Position numbers and translations under genes: made by a program
The notes under the pieces: generated by a model
Seen by the model: the letters and a program-made list of their open reading frames with translations, nothing else
Databases searched by the model: none
Told to the model about the DNA's origin: nothing
Part shown: positions 18,076-30,236 of the stretch, one piece after another
Numbering within the stretch: the first letter of the stretch is position 1
Layout: the number at the start of each line of letters is the position of its first letter
NCBI GenBank assembly: GCA_964360965.1
Contig: CAYHYM010000001.1
Location: 8,878 to 72,877 of the forward strand
Length of the DNA stretch: 64,000 bases
Origin: an uncultured Gammaproteobacteria bacterium
GTDB lineage: Bacteria; Patescibacteriota; Microgenomatia; Daviesbacterales; UBA10151
Direction: 5' to 3'

Positions 18076-19788
18076 TTAATCCTGTGCGACTCTTAGCACC
18101 TCTTCCATGGTGGTAATTCCTTCCAAAACCTTTAAATATCCATCCTGTTTCATGGTGACCATGCCATCCTCAACACCCTGGCGTTCAATGTCTTGTGAGG
18201 AGGCATGCTCCAAAATTTTCCGGGAAATTTTTTCTGTTACCAGCAGCACTTCAAAAATACCGATTCTGCCCAGATATCCCATCTGAGCGCAATCTTGACA
18301 GCCTTGCGTTTTATAAAGTTTGATCTGACCATTTTTGGGCAGCAAGTTTCCCAAAACAGCTTTGATATTTTCCCAAACCTCAGGAGGAGCATCATATAAA
18401 ACTTTACATTTGGGACAAAGTTTTCTGACCACTCGTTGCCCCATCACTGCATTTAGGGCTGATGCCAAAAGAAACGGCTCCACCCCCATATCCAACAGCC
18501 TGGGAGCTGCGCCTGAAGAGGAATTGGTATGAACTGTGGAAAAAACCTGATGGCCGGTCAAGGCTGCCTGGATGGCCAGTTCAGCAGTTTCTGTATCTCT
18601 GATCTCACCCACCATCATTATATTGGGATCCTGACGCAAAAATGAACGCAGGGCTGAGGCAAAAGTTAAGCCTATTTGGGGATTGACCTGAACCTGATTA
18701 ACTCCGGGAATTTCATACTCAACCGGATCTTCAATGGTTAGGATATTAACTTTGGTGGTGGAAACTTTGGTCAGGATGGAGTAGAGGGTGGTGGTTTTGC
18801 CTGAACCTGTTGGTCCGCAGATTAAGATGATGCCATGAGGGCGAAGCAGCTGGGACCCTAAATTATTCAAAGACGAACCCCTCAGCCCCAGCTCCAGCAG
18901 GGTGGGGGCGCCTCCTGATTTAGGCAGTAGCCTCATCACCACTTTTTCCCCAAAAATGGTCGGCACTGTGGAGATACGTAGGTCAACTTCCTTCCCTTGA
19001 TAATCAAAAGAGAACCTGCCATCCTGCGGCAGCCTTTTTTCATCAATTTTTAAAACAGCCAGAATTTTAACCCTGGAGATCAGGGCATCATGTACCCCTT
19101 TGGGCAGAATTATTTTTTCCGACAGCACACCGTCAATTCTATAGCGGACCCGGGTTTTGTCTTCCTGTGGTTCAATATGGATGTCGGAAGCGCGGGTTTT
19201 GATGGCATATTCTAAAAGTTGATTGATGATATTGGCCACAGGCGCCTCGCGGATCACCTCAGGCGCCTCTTGAGCTTCCTCTTGCGGTTTAACCGAGGCC
19301 ACCTCTTTTAGGGCAGATGTCACCTCGGTAGTTAAACTTTGGGCATACTGGTTGGAAATGGCCTTTAAAATATCTGAAGTTAAGCCCAAAAAAGGCCTGA
19401 TCCTCATGCCTGATTTTTTCTCAATAAATTGGATCACCTGTATATCTAAAGGGTCTGCCATGGCCACCAGCAGTTGCCCATCTTTTTGGTCAAAAGCGAT
19501 CAGGATATAGCGGCGGGCCACTGCCTCAGGGATTAAATTTAGGATATTGGAAGCAATGGCCTGATCTTCCAGTAAGATATAGGGAACATTTAAAATTTGA
19601 GCTTTGGCCTGGGTTAGTTTATCAACAGGCACAAAATTATGTTCAAGAATTATTTTTTCGCTATTTTGGCCGGTGTTGATGCTTTCCAGCTTAATGGAAG
19701 AGAGTTGATCAGGAGTCAGAAGCCCCTGTTTAAATAGGATGTCCTCAATTAAAACATTATTTGATGAAGACTGGGCAGCCTGATCCAT
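18076..19788 (-). CDS. pilB: type IV pilus assembly ATPase PilB (GspE family)
   Basis: N-terminal GspII-like domain, Walker A GPTGSGKTTT, tetracysteine CPKC...CQDC. Confidence 0.85.
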   Translation of the reverse strand: MDQAAQSSSNNVLIEDILFKQGLLTPDQLSSIKLESINTGQNSEKIILEHNFVPVDKLTQAKAQILNVPYILLEDQAIASNILNLIPEAVARRYILIAFDQKDGQLLVAMADPLDIQVIQFIEKKSGMRIRPFLGLTSDILKAISNQYAQSLTTEVTSALKEVASVKPQEEAQEAPEVIREAPVANIINQLLEYAIKTRASDIHIEPQEDKTRVRYRIDGVLSEKIILPKGVHDALISRVKILAVLKIDEKRLPQDGRFSFDYQGKEVDLRISTVPTIFGEKVVMRLLPKSGGAPTLLELGLRGSSLNNLGSQLLRPHGIILICGPTGSGKTTTLYSILTKVSTTKVNILTIEDPVEYEIPGVNQVQVNPQIGLTFASALRSFLRQDPNIMMVGEIRDTETAELAIQAALTGHQVFSTVHTNSSSGAAPRLLDMGVEPFLLASALNAVMGQRVVRKLCPKCKVLYDAPPEVWENIKAVLGNLLPKNGQIKLYKTQGCQDCAQMGYLGRIGIFEVLLVTEKISRKILEHASSQDIERQGVEDGMVTMKQDGYLKVLEGITTMEEVLRVAQD

Positions 19789-19957
19789 ATATCTTTATTA
19801 TGGGCAAAATAACAGGGTGGTGTCAATCCCGATTAAATCAGGATCAATGCTTCACCCGGGATATTGCTTACATCAGGTTATTTATGTTAAAAATCATCCT
19901 GTGATATCCAAGCTTTTGATATCCCCATCTATTAAGGCAATAAGGGCAGAGGTTGAC

Positions 19958-20572
19958 ACCATGCTGACTCAAGCGGGTCTTAAAAAAACCCATCCAGATG
20001 TTTTATATTTCGAACGCAGTGAGAAGTTAGGCATTGGTGAAGCCAGAAAAATCAAAAACCATTTTTCCCATAAACCATTTCAGGCCAAGGGTAAAGCCGT
20101 AGTTTTGGAAGATGCAGGCATTTTAACTCCTGAGGCCCAAAATGCCCTGTTAAAAACTTTAGAGGAACCACCTGCTGACGCCCTGATAATTTTGGCAGCT
20201 TCATCAGACGCTCAATTTTTACCCACCATTTTATCCCGCTGCCAGATAATTAATCTTGAAGGTAGAAAGTATAACAATTATAACAACTATAAAAATTATA
20301 CTAAAGATCTCGAGGCTTTGTTAAAAGCAGATATCCCAGAAAGGTTTGAATATATTGAAAAACTAAAGGACAGGGGAGAATTTTTAAAATTTTTAATTCA
20401 AGCTTTCCGTCAACAACTACTACAGTCTACGCACGCCAAGTCTGACTTGGCGAGGCTGGAAATACAGAATTTCCTGAAGGAGCTTTTGCAGGCCGAGCAG
20501 TGGGCAAAACAAAATGTCAATATCCGGGCCATTTTGGAATATTTAATGCTGGTTATGCCCCAAAAATTGTGA
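19958..20572 (+). CDS. holB: DNA polymerase III delta-prime subunit-like (short form lacking P-loop region)
   Basis: THPDVLYFE...GKAVVLEDAGILTPEAQNALLKTLEEPPADALIILAASSDAQFLPTILSRCQII. Later ATG chosen because the track start at 19817 is 28 bp from the divergent pilB start. Confidence 0.55.
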   Translation, partial: TMLTQAGLKKTHPDVLYFERSEKLGIGEARKIKNHFSHKPFQAKGKAVVLEDAGILTPEAQNALLKTLEEPPADALIILAASSDAQFLPTILSRCQIINLEGRKYNNYNNYKNYTKDLEALLKADIPERFEYIEKLKDRGEFLKFLIQAFRQQLLQSTHAKSDLARLEIQNFLKELLQAEQWAKQNVNIRAILEYLMLVMPQKL

Positions 20573-20580
20573 TAAAATGA

Positions 20581-22566
<1,986 letters not shown>

Positions 22567-22620
22567 TGGATTTTGCTAACGCGGCACTGAGCGTAGTCGA
22601 AAGGCAATAGAGGTTTATGT

Positions 22621-23259
22621 ATGAAAAATTATTCCCCAATTTTATTTGAGGCCTATGATAAGTTTATGCTCTCCCTGGGGGGCAAAAAGATTCCCACTCC
22701 ATACAGGATAAATATTCCATATCAGAGCGATAGAAAAAAATATGGTAAATCTGATCCTGATACTTTAACAACAGATACCAGAAGGTTGGTCGTAGAGCGG
22801 AATTTTGATTTAAATAAAGCAACTGAGCAAGAAATAAGAAGTTTCATGGAAAAAAATATGCTGGGGATTGACTGTTCCGGATTTGTCTATCATCTGCTGG
22901 ATTATTTATTAAGACATACCAACAAGGGAGGCATGGAAAATATCGGTTTTCCTCCTGCCCAAAGAACCAATGTTTGGCTGTTAACTTCCAAGGAGTTCAC
23001 CATTCCTGTTGATGATCTAACCCATGCTTTGGCAGGGGATTTGATAAAATTAAACAGTGGGCAGGATCTTTTGCACTGCCTGATTGTTTTGGATCACCAA
23101 AATAGTATGATCACCTATACTCACTCTAGTAGATTTAACAAACCCAGTGGTATCCAAATTGGTAAAATAACTGAGGGAAAATTCCCAGATGATTTACAAG
23201 TTTTTTCCTATAATCCCAACAAGGGGGATGGCATTAGAAGGCTCAAAATGCTAAAATAG
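22621..23259 (+). CDS. NlpC/P60 (C40)-like cysteine peptidase domain protein
   Basis: GIDCSGFVYHLL resembles the C40 catalytic Cys motif, with a downstream His region. Confidence 0.45.
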   Translation: MKNYSPILFEAYDKFMLSLGGKKIPTPYRINIPYQSDRKKYGKSDPDTLTTDTRRLVVERNFDLNKATEQEIRSFMEKNMLGIDCSGFVYHLLDYLLRHTNKGGMENIGFPPAQRTNVWLLTSKEFTIPVDDLTHALAGDLIKLNSGQDLLHCLIVLDHQNSMITYTHSSRFNKPSGIQIGKITEGKFPDDLQVFSYNPNKGDGIRRLKMLK

Positions 23260-23263
23260 CTCA

Positions 23264-23902
23264 ATGGTAATTGAAAAAACGCCAGAAACTATGCCTACTT
23301 TGACTGTTCCTTATATCTCACAGAAAGATGATGAAACCAGCAATAGATATGGTAGAAGAGGGTGTGGATTAACGGCTTTGAGAATGGTGCTATCTTATTA
23401 TGGTAAGGATCTGGGCATGGAGGAACTAGACCAGCTAGTAGTAGAGACCCACGCTTATCAGCCAATGGAAGGCAAGGAGGAAATAGGCGGTTGGATTCAT
23501 GCAGGTATGACCAACATAGCTAGAAAAGTAGGACTCAGAGGATATAGAATCCATTATGGGATGCTTACTGAGCAAGATTTAATTAACTCTAAAGCTGTAT
23601 TTGAGGAAGAAGGAATGGGTGAGGAAGAGTTTAAGGACTTTAGTGAGAGCTTTGACCAAGCCAGAACAGAAGGTCCCATGTCTGATCTCTATCGTTTAAT
23701 TGATAAGGGCATTCCAGTGATTGCTTCAATGAAAAAATCTTATGCTAAAACTCTAGCTTCTCATATGATAGTTTTAATGGGCTATGGGGGTGATGAGTTA
23801 GTGGTTAATGACCCTTGGGAATTTGGACCAAATTATAAAGTTTCAGTTGATGAATTTAAGAAGCATTGGACTAATAGGGTAATCGTTATAAGCACTCCGT
23901 AG
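23264..23902 (+). CDS. peptidase C39-like (papain-fold) domain protein
   Basis: RRGCGLTALRMVLSYYG resembles the C39_2 catalytic Cys motif (CGPTSLAMVLSYYG-type). Confidence 0.5.
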   Translation: MVIEKTPETMPTLTVPYISQKDDETSNRYGRRGCGLTALRMVLSYYGKDLGMEELDQLVVETHAYQPMEGKEEIGGWIHAGMTNIARKVGLRGYRIHYGMLTEQDLINSKAVFEEEGMGEEEFKDFSESFDQARTEGPMSDLYRLIDKGIPVIASMKKSYAKTLASHMIVLMGYGGDELVVNDPWEFGPNYKVSVDEFKKHWTNRVIVISTP

Positions 23903-23951
23903 CCCATAGTTTGAATTACTGGACAAGTTGTGATATGATTATTTTAATAAT

Positions 23952-24503
23952 ATGTCAGAAAGAGATAGTGAACCTTTGCCCTCAGGGCAAAGATTTTTAG
24001 ACAACAAATGGACCAGAACAGCTGCAGCTGTTCTGGGTATTCCAACTGCAATATCACCTATAGCTTGTGCACCCCAGGCTGCAGAAGTCAGACCCGCCAG
24101 CGCCAGCGAGTTAGAAAGTGGTCTAAGGATTCCTTATCCTGACTACCAAATAACTTTACCTGAAGGTTGGGTTAAAGGAGATGGATTTTACATTGGTCAT
24201 GGTCATATCTTCTTTACTACGGAAAGACCAGTACCATCAGAAGTTGTTGGAAAAATAACTTTAGGTCGAACTAGCTCTCCAGAAGAAGAAGCCAAAAGAG
24301 TTCGTTCTACCTTAAGTGAACAAGTTCAAGTGGTTAGAGAGGATGAATTAAATATTGAGTACCTAATGGATGGTGATTTAACCTTACTAAGATTTAAAAA
24401 CGATAATAAAGGTCAAGTAATAATTATTGAAGTCTTGATTCCTAATGGTTTGGCAACTGTCTATCAAAAAGAGGCTCTAGAGTTTATAAACGCTATTCAC
24501 TAA
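23952..24503 (+). CDS. hypothetical protein (possible lipoprotein)
   Basis: N-terminal hydrophobic stretch with IAC lipobox-like site. No recognisable domain. Confidence 0.3.
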   Translation: MSERDSEPLPSGQRFLDNKWTRTAAAVLGIPTAISPIACAPQAAEVRPASASELESGLRIPYPDYQITLPEGWVKGDGFYIGHGHIFFTTERPVPSEVVGKITLGRTSSPEEEAKRVRSTLSEQVQVVREDELNIEYLMDGDLTLLRFKNDNKGQVIIIEVLIPNGLATVYQKEALEFINAIH

Positions 24504-24572
24504 CCCCTAAAAGCCTTGCGTTACCACCTTCAAACCAAGTATAATTAGAGTGGCTACAAAGCCATTTTTTTA

Positions 24573-27104
24573 ATGAACATTGGTAAAATTCAACCGGCTC
24601 CCATAATTGAAGAGATGCAGCGGTCCTATTTGGACTATGCTATGTCCGTCATAGTCTCTCGGGCCTTACCTGATGTCAGAGACGGCCTAAAACCGGTGCA
24701 GCGACGCATTATCTATGCTATGCATGAGCAAGGATTGCACCATACCTCAAGATATCAAAAGTCTGCAGCAGTTGTTGGTGAAGTTTTAAAGAATTTTCAT
24801 CCCCACGGAGATACCCCTGTCTATGAAGCCATGGTGAGAATGGCCCAAAATTTTTCCATGAGATATATGCTGGTTGACGGCCAAGGAAATTTTGGCTCCA
24901 TTGATGGAGATTCACCGGCAGCCATGCGATATACTGAGGTAAAATTATCCTCAATATCAGAAGAATTACTGCGTGATATCAACAAAAACACTGTTGATTT
25001 TACGGATAATTATTCAGGAACAACTCAAGAGCCCGTCCTGTTGCCATCCGTTATACCCAATCTGCTGCTTAATGGAGCCTCAGGTATAGCTGTTGGCATG
25101 GCCACCCAAATTCCACCCCATAATTTGGGGGAAGTATGTGATGCCTTGGTCTATATGATAGAACACCCAACCAGAACTGTCATTGCGACCCCGAATGAAA
25201 CAAGGGGGGATAACAATATATTTTCCTCTGATGCCACTGTTGAAAATTTAGTCCAGTTCATCAAAGGTCCGGATTTCCCCACAGGCGCTGCTATTTTTGA
25301 TCAAACAGAAATTATGGCAGCTTATGCAACTGGTAAAGGCAGGATTGTCATGCGCGCCAGAGCAGAAGTTGAGGAGACAGAGGCGGGCTCGCCTCGCTCC
25401 GCGGGCGGAGCGGGAAAAATGCAAATCATAGTCACGGAAATCCCATATCAGGTTAATAAATCCACTCTTATCTCAAGGATGGCCGAGCTGGTCAAAGATA
25501 AAAAAATAGAGGGGATTGCGGATTTGCGCGATGAGTCTGACAGAACACAGATGGTGCGAATTGTGATCGATCTGAAAAGAGACGGGAAACCCCAATCAGT
25601 TCTAAATAATTTATACAAACATACTACTATGCAGTCTGTTTTTAATGTCAATATAGTAGGCCTTCTTGATGGAGTGCCGCATCTTTTAAACCTAAAACAA
25701 ATTCTGCAGGAGTTTGTCAACCACCGCCAGAGGATTGTCAAAAGACGTTCCGAATTTGAACTGGCTGAGGCTAAAGCCAGGGAACACATCCTGCTGGGAC
25801 TGACAATTGCCGTTGATCAAATAGACGATGTCATTGAAACAATTAAAAAGAGCAAAGACGTTGAGATGGCCAAAGTTAATTTAATGGCCAAATTTAAACT
25901 AACAGAGATTCAATCGGTGGCTATTTTGGATATGCAGCTGCGGCGTTTGGCAGCATTGGAAAGGCAAAAAATTGAGGATGAGCTAAAAATGGTTAAAGAA
26001 ACCATCGCCTATCTTGAGAATCTGCTGATCTCGCCTGAAAAAATCTTAAGAGTTATAAAAGATGAGCTGGTAAAAATTAAGCAAAAATATGCAGACCCGC
26101 GACGCACCAAAGTTTACAAACAAAAAGTGGGGGAATTTAATGAGGAAGATCTGGTAGCCAATGAGGTGACAATTGTCACCATTACAGAAGGAGGTTATAT
26201 CAAACGTCAGTCTCCCGCCTCTTTCAGGACTCAGGCCAGGGGAGGAAAAGGGGTTTTGGGCATTTCCACCAAAGAAGAAGATGCGGTTTCCCATATTTTT
26301 TATACCCAGACTCACGATAATATTTTATTTTTTACCAGTATTGGAAAAGTTTATCAGGTTAAAGTTTGGGATATCCCGGAAACACAACGGGCTGCCAGGG
26401 GCCAAGCTGTGGTTAATTTAATAAATATTGAGCAAAGGGAAAAAGTCACTGCTGTTTTAACCAGAAGAGAGAAAGGAGAGGCGGCCAAATACTTCTTTAT
26501 GTGTACCTCCCGTGGTACTGTCAAAAAAACCGCTCTTTCAGAGTATGCCCATATTAGAAAGAACGGGTTGTTGGCCATAAAACTGGGAGCGGGTGATAAC
26601 CTGGGCTGGGTTTACCCAACAACAGGATTAGATGATGTGATAATTGTGTCCCAAAAAGGCAAATCTATCAGATTTTCTGAAAAGGGGGTTAAGCCAACAC
26701 ACAGGGATACTTCAGGCGTCAGGGGTATCAGACTTACAAAAGATGATCAGGTGGTATCTTTAAATATTATTGGGGATGGACAGGGAGAGCTGCTGGTTAT
26801 TATGGAAAACGGTTTGGGTAAAAAGACCAATATTTCATCCTGGAAAAGACAAGGCAGAGGAGGACAGGGAGTGAAGGCTGCCCAGGTTACTGCCAAAACA
26901 GGGAATATTGTCACAGCATCTTTAGTTGATAAAACCATGGATACGCTGATTTTAACATCAACCAAAGGCCAACTGATAAAAATGGACCTTAAACAGGTGC
27001 CAACGCTGCAAAGACAAACTCAGGGAGTAATTTTGATGAGAGCAAAAGACGGGGAAAAAGTGGCAGCAGCCACAGTGGTATCATCCAAGGAGAAGGTAGA
27101 ATGA
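24573..27104 (+). CDS. gyrA: DNA gyrase subunit A
   Basis: [16 protein letters not shown], active-site region AAMRYTE, C-terminal beta-pinwheel repeats. 843 aa. Confidence 0.95.
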   Translation: MNIGKIQPAPIIEEMQRSYLDYAMSVIVSRALPDVRDGLKPVQRRIIYAMHEQGLHHTSRYQKSAAVVGEVLKNFHPHGDTPVYEAMVRMAQNFSMRYMLVDGQGNFGSIDGDSPAAMRYTEVKLSSISEELLRDINKNTVDFTDNYSGTTQEPVLLPSVIPNLLLNGASGIAVGMATQIPPHNLGEVCDALVYMIEHPTRTVIATPNETRGDNNIFSSDATVENLVQFIKGPDFPTGAAIFDQTEIMAAYATGKGRIVMRARAEVEETEAGSPRSAGGAGKMQIIVTEIPYQVNKSTLISRMAELVKDKKIEGIADLRDESDRTQMVRIVIDLKRDGKPQSVLNNLYKHTTMQSVFNVNIVGLLDGVPHLLNLKQILQEFVNHRQRIVKRRSEFELAEAKAREHILLGLTIAVDQIDDVIETIKKSKDVEMAKVNLMAKFKLTEIQSVAILDMQLRRLAALERQKIEDELKMVKETIAYLENLLISPEKILRVIKDELVKIKQKYADPRRTKVYKQKVGEFNEEDLVANEVTIVTITEGGYIKRQSPASFRTQARGGKGVLGISTKEEDAVSHIFYTQTHDNILFFTSIGKVYQVKVWDIPETQRAARGQAVVNLINIEQREKVTAVLTRREKGEAAKYFFMCTSRGTVKKTALSEYAHIRKNGLLAIKLGAGDNLGWVYPTTGLDDVIIVSQKGKSIRFSEKGVKPTHRDTSGVRGIRLTKDDQVVSLNIIGDGQGELLVIMENGLGKKTNISSWKRQGRGGQGVKAAQVTAKTGNIVTASLVDKTMDTLILTSTKGQLIKMDLKQVPTLQRQTQGVILMRAKDGEKVAAATVVSSKEKVE

Positions 27105-27310
27105 AAAAAGAAAAGTTTATATCTAATATAGCTATTATTTATTTTTTTGCAGGTTTTGTTTTTGCCATAATTTTTGCCTTTTATTATCATTGGCCGGCTC
27201 TGTCATTTTTATCCCCAGGATTTTTTGTGGTGGCATTTTCCTGGCCCCTGCAGATTGGAGGATTTGGGGGAGACCTGATAAATTATGGCCTGTCAGGTAA
27301 ACCAATTTGA
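27101..27310 (+). CDS. small hypothetical membrane protein
   Basis: Two hydrophobic helices. Start overlaps the gyrA stop. Confidence 0.25.
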   Translation: MKKEKFISNIAIIYFFAGFVFAIIFAFYYHWPALSFLSPGFFVVAFSWPLQIGGFGGDLINYGLSGKPI

Positions 27311-27332
27311 ATATTGATCAATGACCAACCTC

Positions 27333-27626
27333 CTATTTGCTGCCCAGAAACTTTTGAGCAAAATCATTTAAAAAATTTGATCCCCGGGAAATAACAAATC
27401 CTGACAAAAAAGTATCCACAAAAGGAATACTGCTTTCAATTCCCAAAATAAGGGAGAAAAAATTAATATGATAGGCAAATGCTAAAAACATCCCTGTTCC
27501 CAAACAGAAAAGGGGTAGATAGGGCTTCAAGGTAGTCACATTACCAAAAATATACTCCACGACAGCCTCATTGATGGCAGTAAATATAAAAACCGTGGCC
27601 AAGGGTGATAAATTTAATCCTTCCAA
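27333..27626 (-). CDS. small hypothetical membrane protein (3 predicted TM) downstream of the amidase
   Basis: Hydrophobic 97-aa ORF directly following the amidase gene on the same strand. Confidence 0.3.
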   Translation of the reverse strand: MEGLNLSPLATVFIFTAINEAVVEYIFGNVTTLKPYLPLFCLGTGMFLAFAYHINFFSLILGIESSIPFVDTFLSGFVISRGSNFLNDFAQKFLGSK

Positions 27627-27627
27627 T

Positions 27628-28569
27628 TTAGAAAGTTACCTTCCTGGCAGGAAAAAGCAGTTTATAAATTGAGATTATAACATCAATTAAAGTAAAGGTG
27701 GAATCAGGGTGTTCTTTTTGGGGCAGCGCTACCAGCGGAGGTTCTTTTAAAGAAGCCTTAAAGGCTAAAATCTGGGCCTCCAAGTTTTCTATCTGGCTTT
27801 TTTGGGAATCAATAATGGCCTGCATGCTTGATATTTGATTTTGTAAATTTTGCCCCTCTTTTCCCATTTTTAAAAGGGACTGATGTTCATCTGAGCTTAC
27901 CATGGTTAAAAGTACTTGTTCTAATCTGGCAGGGGAGTTGGTGTGAGCCGAAAGTCCAGCTTGATCCGGCTCTCTGCCTAAAACAGTTCTATAATAGCTC
28001 GCGATTACATCGCGTCGCTCTTGTAGCTGCCTTTCATCCATACCACTCACAATCATCTGTTTCCAGTTTAACCAGCCATCACCCGGACAGGCTGTTGATT
28101 GACCGGGCAGTTCTTTGTGGCCTTTGATACTATCCCAAGAAATAAAGCCCACTAGATCCCCAAAATTATTAATAAAAAAATCACAAAGTTTTCTGGCTGA
28201 GTCAAGCTGATCAGCAGTTGGAATTTTACCTGCCATAAAATTACCAATTAAACAAATGCCAATCACTTGATCATTTAAATTGGCCACATTGGCCCGGGCA
28301 GTTGATAAATCACCCACATAATAAACCGTGCCATCTTTACCGATTAAAAAATGATAGCCAATTCCACCCCAGCCATTTGTTTGGATATGAAAACGGGCAA
28401 TATCCAAAGGAGTTTGACTGTCCAAGGCAGCAGTGTGGTGGATGGCCAGGTATTTAACCTGAGAAGGTGTCCTGGTCCAGCTCCAATTATAGGCATCACC
28501 GGGCAGAGTATCTCTTAAATCTATAAATTTATTACCTAAAGAGGGAATGGTTAAATCAATCCTGGCCAC
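27628..28569 (-). CDS. N-acetylmuramoyl-L-alanine amidase (Amidase_2/PGRP domain) with coiled-coil and hydrophobic C-terminus
   Basis: AIHHTAALDSQTPLDIARFHIQTNGWGGIGYHFLIGKDG...GICLIGNF matches the PGRP amidase_2 signature. Confidence 0.75.
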   Translation of the reverse strand: MARIDLTIPSLGNKFIDLRDTLPGDAYNWSWTRTPSQVKYLAIHHTAALDSQTPLDIARFHIQTNGWGGIGYHFLIGKDGTVYYVGDLSTARANVANLNDQVIGICLIGNFMAGKIPTADQLDSARKLCDFFINNFGDLVGFISWDSIKGHKELPGQSTACPGDGWLNWKQMIVSGMDERQLQERRDVIASYYRTVLGREPDQAGLSAHTNSPARLEQVLLTMVSSDEHQSLLKMGKEGQNLQNQISSMQAIIDSQKSQIENLEAQILAFKASLKEPPLVALPQKEHPDSTFTLIDVIISIYKLLFPARKVTF

Positions 28570-28608
28570 GTTGTGGCTATACTAACAAAGACCAATTTCT
28601 CTTGTCAA

Positions 28609-29529
28609 TCAACGATTATTCCCCGAATGAAATGCCTTATGCACATCCTTTAGATGAGCATTGGTGACATGGGTGTATATTTGGGTGGTTTGGATGTTGG
28701 AGTGACCTAACATTTCCTGCACTGAGCGGATATCGGCTCCATTTATCAGTAAATCCGTGGCAAAAGAATGCCTTAAGGTATGGGGGGTGGCTTTGACAGG
28801 AAGACCTAAAGCTTTAACATATTTTTCCACAATTCGCTCAATTGAGCGGGAAGTAAGCCTCATAGCCTCACCGCTGTTTTGGGCATCTATCTTACCCTGA
28901 TACCTGATAAAAAGAGGCTTGAGGGTATCTTTTCTTGCCATCAAGTATTTTTCCAAAAACTCAACTGCAGAATCAGATAAAAAAACTATCCTTTCTTTTC
29001 CACCTTTACCAACAACTCCAAACTCGCGTCTGTTAAGATTTATGGTGTCCCTGTTTAAAGAAGCCAGTTCAGAAACCCGCAGTCCTGTTGAAAAAAGCGT
29101 CTCCAGAATGGCCCTATCCCTTATGCCATCTTTTCTAGATGTATTCGGAGCATCAAGCAGTTGCTTAAGCGAAGCATCATCCAAAATCTTCAAAGGCCTT
29201 GGTTCTGCCTCTCCCAGTTCCACTTTTTCAGGGGATAAAGTTTGGATATCTTGGCGGGCTAAATATCTTAAAAATGCCCGCAGAGCTATCATAAAATAGT
29301 TTTGGGTGACTCTTTTTAAGGATCTTTTGGTCTTTGGATCCTGAAATCTTGCCAGATACAACCTGTATTTTCTGACCAAATTCAAATCTATATCTTTGGG
29401 ATCAATATCATTCGAAAACTGCAAAAATCGTTTTAGATAATGATCGTAGTTTTTAATGGTTAACTGAGAGGCATTCCTCTCCAGCTCCAGATATTCTAAG
29501 AAATCAGTAATTAAGGCAGATAGGTTCAT
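28609..29529 (-). CDS. xerC: tyrosine site-specific recombinase XerC/XerD-like
   Basis: R..HxxR..Y catalytic region HTLRHSFATDLLINGADIRSVQEMLGHSNIQTTQIYTHV. ATG overlaps the upstream gene stop as ATGA (29527-29531). Confidence 0.8.
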   Translation of the reverse strand: MNLSALITDFLEYLELERNASQLTIKNYDHYLKRFLQFSNDIDPKDIDLNLVRKYRLYLARFQDPKTKRSLKRVTQNYFMIALRAFLRYLARQDIQTLSPEKVELGEAEPRPLKILDDASLKQLLDAPNTSRKDGIRDRAILETLFSTGLRVSELASLNRDTINLNRREFGVVGKGGKERIVFLSDSAVEFLEKYLMARKDTLKPLFIRYQGKIDAQNSGEAMRLTSRSIERIVEKYVKALGLPVKATPHTLRHSFATDLLINGADIRSVQEMLGHSNIQTTQIYTHVTNAHLKDVHKAFHSGNNR

Positions 29530-30236
29530 CACAAAAGTGCCAGGCCTAAAATTCCCAGGATGGTTAAGATTGAACCTACTATGGCCAGGGCAAAGGTAAA
29601 CTGCTCTGTTCCTGCCGGGGGAAGAGCCTTTGGCGGCCCAACATAGGGAGCAGTAGTCCCTGAGGGTGTGGCCACACCAACACCAACTCCTGCTCCGGGC
29701 GCGCCAGCAGCGCAAGTGCCAGTCCCTATAGTATAATTTCCATTAACCACTGAGTTTAACACATCAGCCACTATATCCCCCCTTTGCACCACATTAGAAT
29801 CTGAAGTTTTACTTTTATCATTGGAGTCAAAGTCAAATTTAATCTGACTGGCGCCAGTTGGAGCATCATCTTTAACTTTAAACTTAATGCTGGCCAAAGT
29901 TCCAGAACCCAAAAAACCAGTCGTGACAGAGGCCAAGCCTGAAATGGAAACTTTACCGTTGGACTCATCAATGCTATTTCCCGGGTAATCTGCATAAATT
30001 GATCCCACTGACATGGATGAAGCGCTAAACCTGGAAGTATCATATAAAACTATGGCATCAGTGCCATCAGTTTGAACCCCGCCAGTATTTAAAACAATAT
30101 CCAATGAGAAGGTACAGCTTTTATTAAAGGTACCCGAGGAAGGGGACAAAGACAGGGTGGCAGTCTGGGCAAAGGCAACCGGGCTTAATATAATTGTTAT
30201 AAAAATTATAAAAATTATAATTACTATAGTCTTCAT
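29529..30236 (-). CDS. secreted cohesin-like domain protein with C-terminal LPPAG-TM anchor-like tail
   Basis: Signal peptide. Cohesin-like beta-sandwich segment ...AIVLYDTSRF...GTLASIKFKVKDDAPTG. C-terminus KALPPAGTEQFTFALAIVGSILTILGILGLALL. Confidence 0.5.
   Translation of the reverse strand: MKTIVIIIFIIFITIILSPVAFAQTATLSLSPSSGTFNKSCTFSLDIVLNTGGVQTDGTDAIVLYDTSRFSASSMSVGSIYADYPGNSIDESNGKVSISGLASVTTGFLGSGTLASIKFKVKDDAPTGASQIKFDFDSNDKSKTSDSNVVQRGDIVADVLNSVVNGNYTIGTGTCAAGAPGAGVGVGVATPSGTTAPYVGPPKALPPAGTEQFTFALAIVGSILTILGILGLALL

Noticed and set aside
19817-19957. Upstream start of the holB-like ORF at 19817
   Set aside because: It would leave 28 bp between divergent pilB and holB starts and adds a non-homologous N-terminus. 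The ATG at 19958 was preferred, with low certainty.
29530-29715. 62-aa Cys/Trp-rich N-terminal extension of the xerC-like ORF (MRCWRARSRSWCWCGH...)
   Set aside because: It is not recombinase-like and overlaps the upstream gene. The internal ATG at 29527-29529 forms an ATGA overlap with the upstream stop and gives a normal-length XerC.
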